Positions 59,841 through 64,000 of a DNA stretch of 64,000 nucleotides are shown piece by piece; position 1 is the first letter of the stretch, and each line of letters opens with the position of its first letter. This stretch comes from Mayamaea pseudoterrestris (lineage: Eukaryota), in NCBI GenBank assembly GCA_027923505.1, contig BROI01000039.1:1-64000 (forward strand), read 5' to 3'. Under the pieces are notes generated by a model, which did not search any database, had not been told where the DNA came from, and was given only the letters and a program-made list of their open reading frames with translations. The position numbers and the translations under genes are program-made.

Positions 59841-60302
59841 CTACATGATAATACATCCCTTGCTAAAGGCTTCCTTGTCCTCGTCGGATAGCTCCGGCCA
59901 TGACTCTTGATTATCGAAACTTTTCAGTTCGTCTCCCAGATCCAGAGTCGCACATGGCCTATACTTGGCACCAAAGTATTCGACCCATCCCTTGCTTTTG
60001 GAATGTTGGTCCTCTGTCATTTTGACAAAGCGATCCAACCACTCCTCCTGCGTCTTGTGATTGGAAATGGCCAGCGTAATGTCGTGGCCAGCATATTCCT
60101 TGTAGGCACCATCTGGCCCGTAGCTTGCGACACTGCTAGTAACATCGTAACATACCCCATACAATGAAACGATTCGCTTGGTTGGATTGTTGCAGTGATA
60201 GGAGTGGAGCTGGTTGAGTGTAATTGTTCCAAGCTGCTCGACGTCAGGTAGTTCATTGTTCTTGCTGTCGCTATTGATGAGGGTTGCGGGATTTGGAATC
60301 AT
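59841..60302 (-). CDS. Cytochrome b5-like heme/steroid-binding (MAPR) protein
   Basis: GVCYDVT, YGPDGAYKEYAGHDIT, W..YFGAKY; ends CIIM. Confidence 0.85.
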   Translation of the reverse strand: MIPNPATLINSDSKNNELPDVEQLGTITLNQLHSYHCNNPTKRIVSLYGVCYDVTSSVASYGPDGAYKEYAGHDITLAISNHKTQEEWLDRFVKMTEDQHSKSKGWVEYFGAKYRPCATLDLGDELKSFDNQESWPELSDEDKEAFSKGCIIM

Positions 60303-60749
60303 GGTTGCATACAGTGATATCGACTTGTTCCTGTACGACCCTAGGGCTTTGTGAATATACGAGACTGTGATGCCGTTGGCTTTCTAGATCATGTTGTGGT
60401 CATGTGACTGCACTTTGCACCTCGTCCGAAGCAGCTTCGCGTTTCAAAATCGTTTTAACGAGCGGCACTGAAAAGACGCGCGCGTATGCTTTTCGCGCGA
60501 TTCACCATGGGATGGCAGATGTTGCCGACGACTTTGCATTTGAGCATATTGCTGCTGATTGACAAAGCTCTCGCGGAATAAGAGATCCCCTTTTACTTGA
60601 TTCATATTGTTGCTCTAGTCTGCGGTGGAAATTCCTCCGACTTGTCCTTTATTCAATCTGCTGCTGTCTGTTTGCATTCATTCCACGTCGACTCGGACTT
60701 TGCTGCTCTGCTTTTCTCATTGAACATTATTCTGCTTTAGTACTGTACC

Positions 60750-62111
60750 ATGACATCTGCTGTAAACACCAATGACGACGACGATGAAGATTTTGCTTAC
60801 GGGGCTCCCGCCTGTTTTAGCATGATGGCGGCCTTTTCAAATGACGATGATGACGACGACAACTCTGGAAATGAAGCAGAGCAAGACTCGCTCGCTGCCT
60901 CAAACGCCTTGGTCGGAGAGAATTTGCTCGACTCGCCAATTCCAAAGCAAAAGACAATGAAGCGGGGATATTCAAGTAATAGCAGTAGTAATGATTTGCT
61001 TCCGCCGCTTCCAATGGCGCCAACTAGCAGCATGCATCGACCATCCAGCAGCAGCAACGGCGGTGGCGACGGACTATCCGTCGGTTTCATGGCCCATGGT
61101 CTTGCATGGGTTCAGCGAACAAAGGAATCGCGGCGACGGCGCTACCTGCAGCATTTGGCCGAGCAGCAACTGCTCAAGCTAAAGACGGCGCAGGAAATAC
61201 AGGACCAGCAAGATGCCGCAGCAGCTGCAGCAGTGACTCCAGCGTATTCGCAGGGCCTGGCGCAAAATTCAACCTTTCAAAGCATCATGTCTGTGCCTGG
61301 TGCCATTCATTCAAATAAGAGTAACCATTTAAGCAATCATCACGCCAGTCAAACGTTGTCAAGTCTCCATGACGCCAATGGAAGCGGCAAGCGAAAGGTG
61401 TTTGATGCGAGCGACCAATCGGAGGAAATGGACATGGGCGCTGTCGTTTCGCAGTCTGGCAGCGGCTATTCGTTCAACCTTGCACTATCCGAGAAGGAAC
61501 ACGAGGAGGAGAATGCCGACTTTATACCGCCAGTCCGAGTCGAAGATGAGCCAGACTTGGACGTTCAACCATTTATACTGAACCAAGTGGAGATGCAGCA
61601 AATCGCCAAGCATGTACTACCAACTGGCATTGCCTACTGCAAATGGATTCGGCTCTATAGTTTGGTTCGCGATGGCGACTCGTTTGATGCTTGCTTACGA
61701 CTCGTTCAGGATCATGTTCGAACGCTCATGGTGGTGCGAACGAGTCGCAACCAAATTATGGGTGGCTTTGCCGACAATGCGTGGAAAGTGGATAGTGGAG
61801 CCGCCTCCTACTATGGAGGTCCGGAGGCGTGCTTGTTCAAAATCGTCAAGGACAATGATAATGAAAGTAGAGTAAAGGCTTACAAATGGACGGGGAGGAA
61901 CCGATATATACAGCTCTGCGACCATGCACACAAGATGCTGGCTTTTGGCGGTGGCGGCGAGGAGGGTGCGTTTGGACTCTCCGTTGAGCAAGATTTTCTA
62001 CTTGGCTCGACTGGGCCATGCGCAACTTTTGACAATGAGCCACTTTGCGACCAGGACACGTTTGAAATTGTAGACTTGGAGATTTATGGGTATCTCATCG
62101 GACAGTTCTGA
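60750..62111 (+). CDS. TLDc-domain (OXR1-like) protein
   Basis: LYSLVRDGDS, MGGFAD, YYGGPEACLF, WTGRNRY, LAFGGGG, CATFDNEPL. Confidence 0.9.
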   Translation: MTSAVNTNDDDDEDFAYGAPACFSMMAAFSNDDDDDDNSGNEAEQDSLAASNALVGENLLDSPIPKQKTMKRGYSSNSSSNDLLPPLPMAPTSSMHRPSSSSNGGGDGLSVGFMAHGLAWVQRTKESRRRRYLQHLAEQQLLKLKTAQEIQDQQDAAAAAAVTPAYSQGLAQNSTFQSIMSVPGAIHSNKSNHLSNHHASQTLSSLHDANGSGKRKVFDASDQSEEMDMGAVVSQSGSGYSFNLALSEKEHEEENADFIPPVRVEDEPDLDVQPFILNQVEMQQIAKHVLPTGIAYCKWIRLYSLVRDGDSFDACLRLVQDHVRTLMVVRTSRNQIMGGFADNAWKVDSGAASYYGGPEACLFKIVKDNDNESRVKAYKWTGRNRYIQLCDHAHKMLAFGGGGEEGAFGLSVEQDFLLGSTGPCATFDNEPLCDQDTFEIVDLEIYGYLIGQF

Positions 62112-62299
62112 CGCGTCTTTTATACTTGATTACGATGAGGTATATCTACGATCTGTCGTTCTTCCGCCCAAGTTATCTTTTGATTTCATTGTCTACGCAA
62201 ATATAACTATAAAGTAGGCACTGTGTTTTTATATTTTATGTAATGATGCTTTAAGATTGACGATACAACGCCGGATAAACAGTTTGTAACGCGATTACT

Positions 62300-64000
62300 T
62301 TAACGATTCGCGAGTAAATTCATCTTTTCCGACTCAACCGAGACGAGACGGGTATTCAGTCTGTCATTTTGATCTCTCAAATCCTCATTGTCCATCAAGA
62401 GCGTCTCTAACTTCTTGCTTAACTGCATGATCAGCTTAGAATCATTTGCCTGGACACGATCCTTCTCCTTAGTCTCAGACACTACATTCTGAAGTTTGCT
62501 GCGTAGACCTAGCAGTTCGTCTTCCTTGTCCTTCAAATCCTCAGAGCCCTGCAGCAGCATCAAGAGGATGCGATCGTACTGCTCGCGCTCCCGATTCAAG
62601 GCTGTGTGAACGGCCGCTAGAGGTACCATGATCTCGTCACGATCAGCGTCTTCCATATCAGGGCCGTTTTCGTTGTGCAAACCCGAAATACTGACACCTT
62701 CTGAAATCTGCATGTCTGCCAAGATACTGCGTAAACCATTCATTGTATCGTTACGGGCCGACCTTGACTTGAAACGGAAAATGTAAGACCGCGTGGATGC
62801 GAGTGGAGTTGGTGTAGCCTTGATGGTCATGAAAAGACTTGCTTGCTCGTTCTCACTCTTAGATGAGCTCTTGCTCTTCGACGATTTTGACGTCTTGCCA
62901 GATGAAGAAGGCAGCTCAGTGTGATCGTATCCAGAGCACCCGGCGCGAACCTCTAAGATATCATGCAATGACAAGGGTTCAAGGGCAGTTTTGTCGACAT
63001 GGCGGTTACGACCCATCGCCTTGCTCAGGTACCCACCGCGAAGCATGAAAGTGAGCACCGTCTGTACGAAAAGCTCACCGCGTCGATGCATTTTCATTGT
63101 TACATTTGTCGACTTCAATGAAAACTCATCTGCTTCGCCGCCTGTTTCCGGTGCTCCCTTGTTCAACTGCCACAAGACGACATCGACACCTTCTTCTAAA
63201 TTATGAGCAAACCTTTTCATCCTGATTTCAAAACGATGCACCTCATCTCGCAAAGCTTCCTCCCTTTCCTTGCGACTGCGTATTTCAACCTTCCAACCCA
63301 CAGCAAGAGCGTCATCCACTTCTTGATCCAAATTACCAGCTAAGCCGCGACGAATCATTGGAATAAAGTCCGCTCCAATCTTAGCCAGCATGCTCGGACG
63401 CTGTGTTTCCTCTTTAATCCCGAGCTTCTCAAGTCTAGTTTGGACCTCCAATGGTCGTCCATCTTTCTCTTCCTGGCCAGTAAACTCCGGATCGTCCCTG
63501 AAAATAATACGAATCGAGCGTTAGTTGAATCAGAAATATTATAGGCTGAAACGATGGCGGGGTGCGATGGACGACTATATAAATCCATATGCGGACAGAA
63601 TCTGAAGGTTCTGTTGCAAATGAATAACATGGAAAGTAATATGCATACGATTTCATTTCAACAACTACAAACTGTCGATGCCGGGCAATTCGTATTTCCC
63701 AAGTATCGCTGAATCACCGTGCATCATCCCTGCATGAAAAAGCCCTCGTTGTGACACTCGATCAAATACTTGTGCGGCAGGATTTTGTAATCGAACAATT
63801 ATAGTGCCCACCAAACACAAAAACAGCATGACAACAAAAAGCAAAAGGAGGAGATGTGCATACCTAGGCCCGCCGGTCAAACGCACAAGCGAATAGTTGG
63901 TAACGGATGACAAACGTCACAATCCCAACGAGAGGCTTACCTTTTACCGTCTTCATCAAAGTCGACCGATCCAGCATCTGATACAGCAGACGAAGCTGTT
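62300..64000 (-). CDS. 3' part of a protein with a PH-like region and C-terminal coiled coil; intron 63940-63498; gene continues past the window
   Basis: GTAAGC donor and TTTCAG acceptor join DFDEDGKR|DDPEFTGQEE in frame with the 62300-63451 ORF. Confidence 0.7.

Overview
Eukaryotic nuclear DNA, most likely from a pennate diatom (compact genes, short GT-AG introns, signal peptide plus ASAFAP-like plastid targeting, a CoDi-like Ty1/copia element). About 24 protein genes lie between two CpG-depleted tandem-repeat islands. They include ATG1, AQR, PSY, CYC1, CMC2, NDUFA12, RimM, SufE-BolA, a THUMP methyltransferase, patatin, UNC-93, GT64, GT2, an S9 peptidase, FKBP, MAPR and a TLDc protein. Island 1 (1-12400, open at the window start) is a 169-bp satellite with a 7-mer higher-order repeat. 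It is interrupted by a decayed 6.7-kb chromodomain-bearing copia element (395-bp LTRs, TG...TA ends, no TSD, no canonical PBS) and followed by a 176-bp satellite. Island 2 (32711-39670) is a 354-bp satellite with a 5-mer higher-order repeat, then a ~170-bp repeat, then two diverged copies of the island-1 169-bp unit. The 169-bp and 354-bp families share an AC(A/C)A-N-TTGT dyad that recurs every 169 bp or exactly every 177 bp. The best candidate for an undescribed system is this modular cassette of nucleosome-length satellites. Two ~42-bp-unit minisatellites sharing a TGGCACT core sit in bidirectional promoters. Gene calls rest on motif recognition only; no database search was run.
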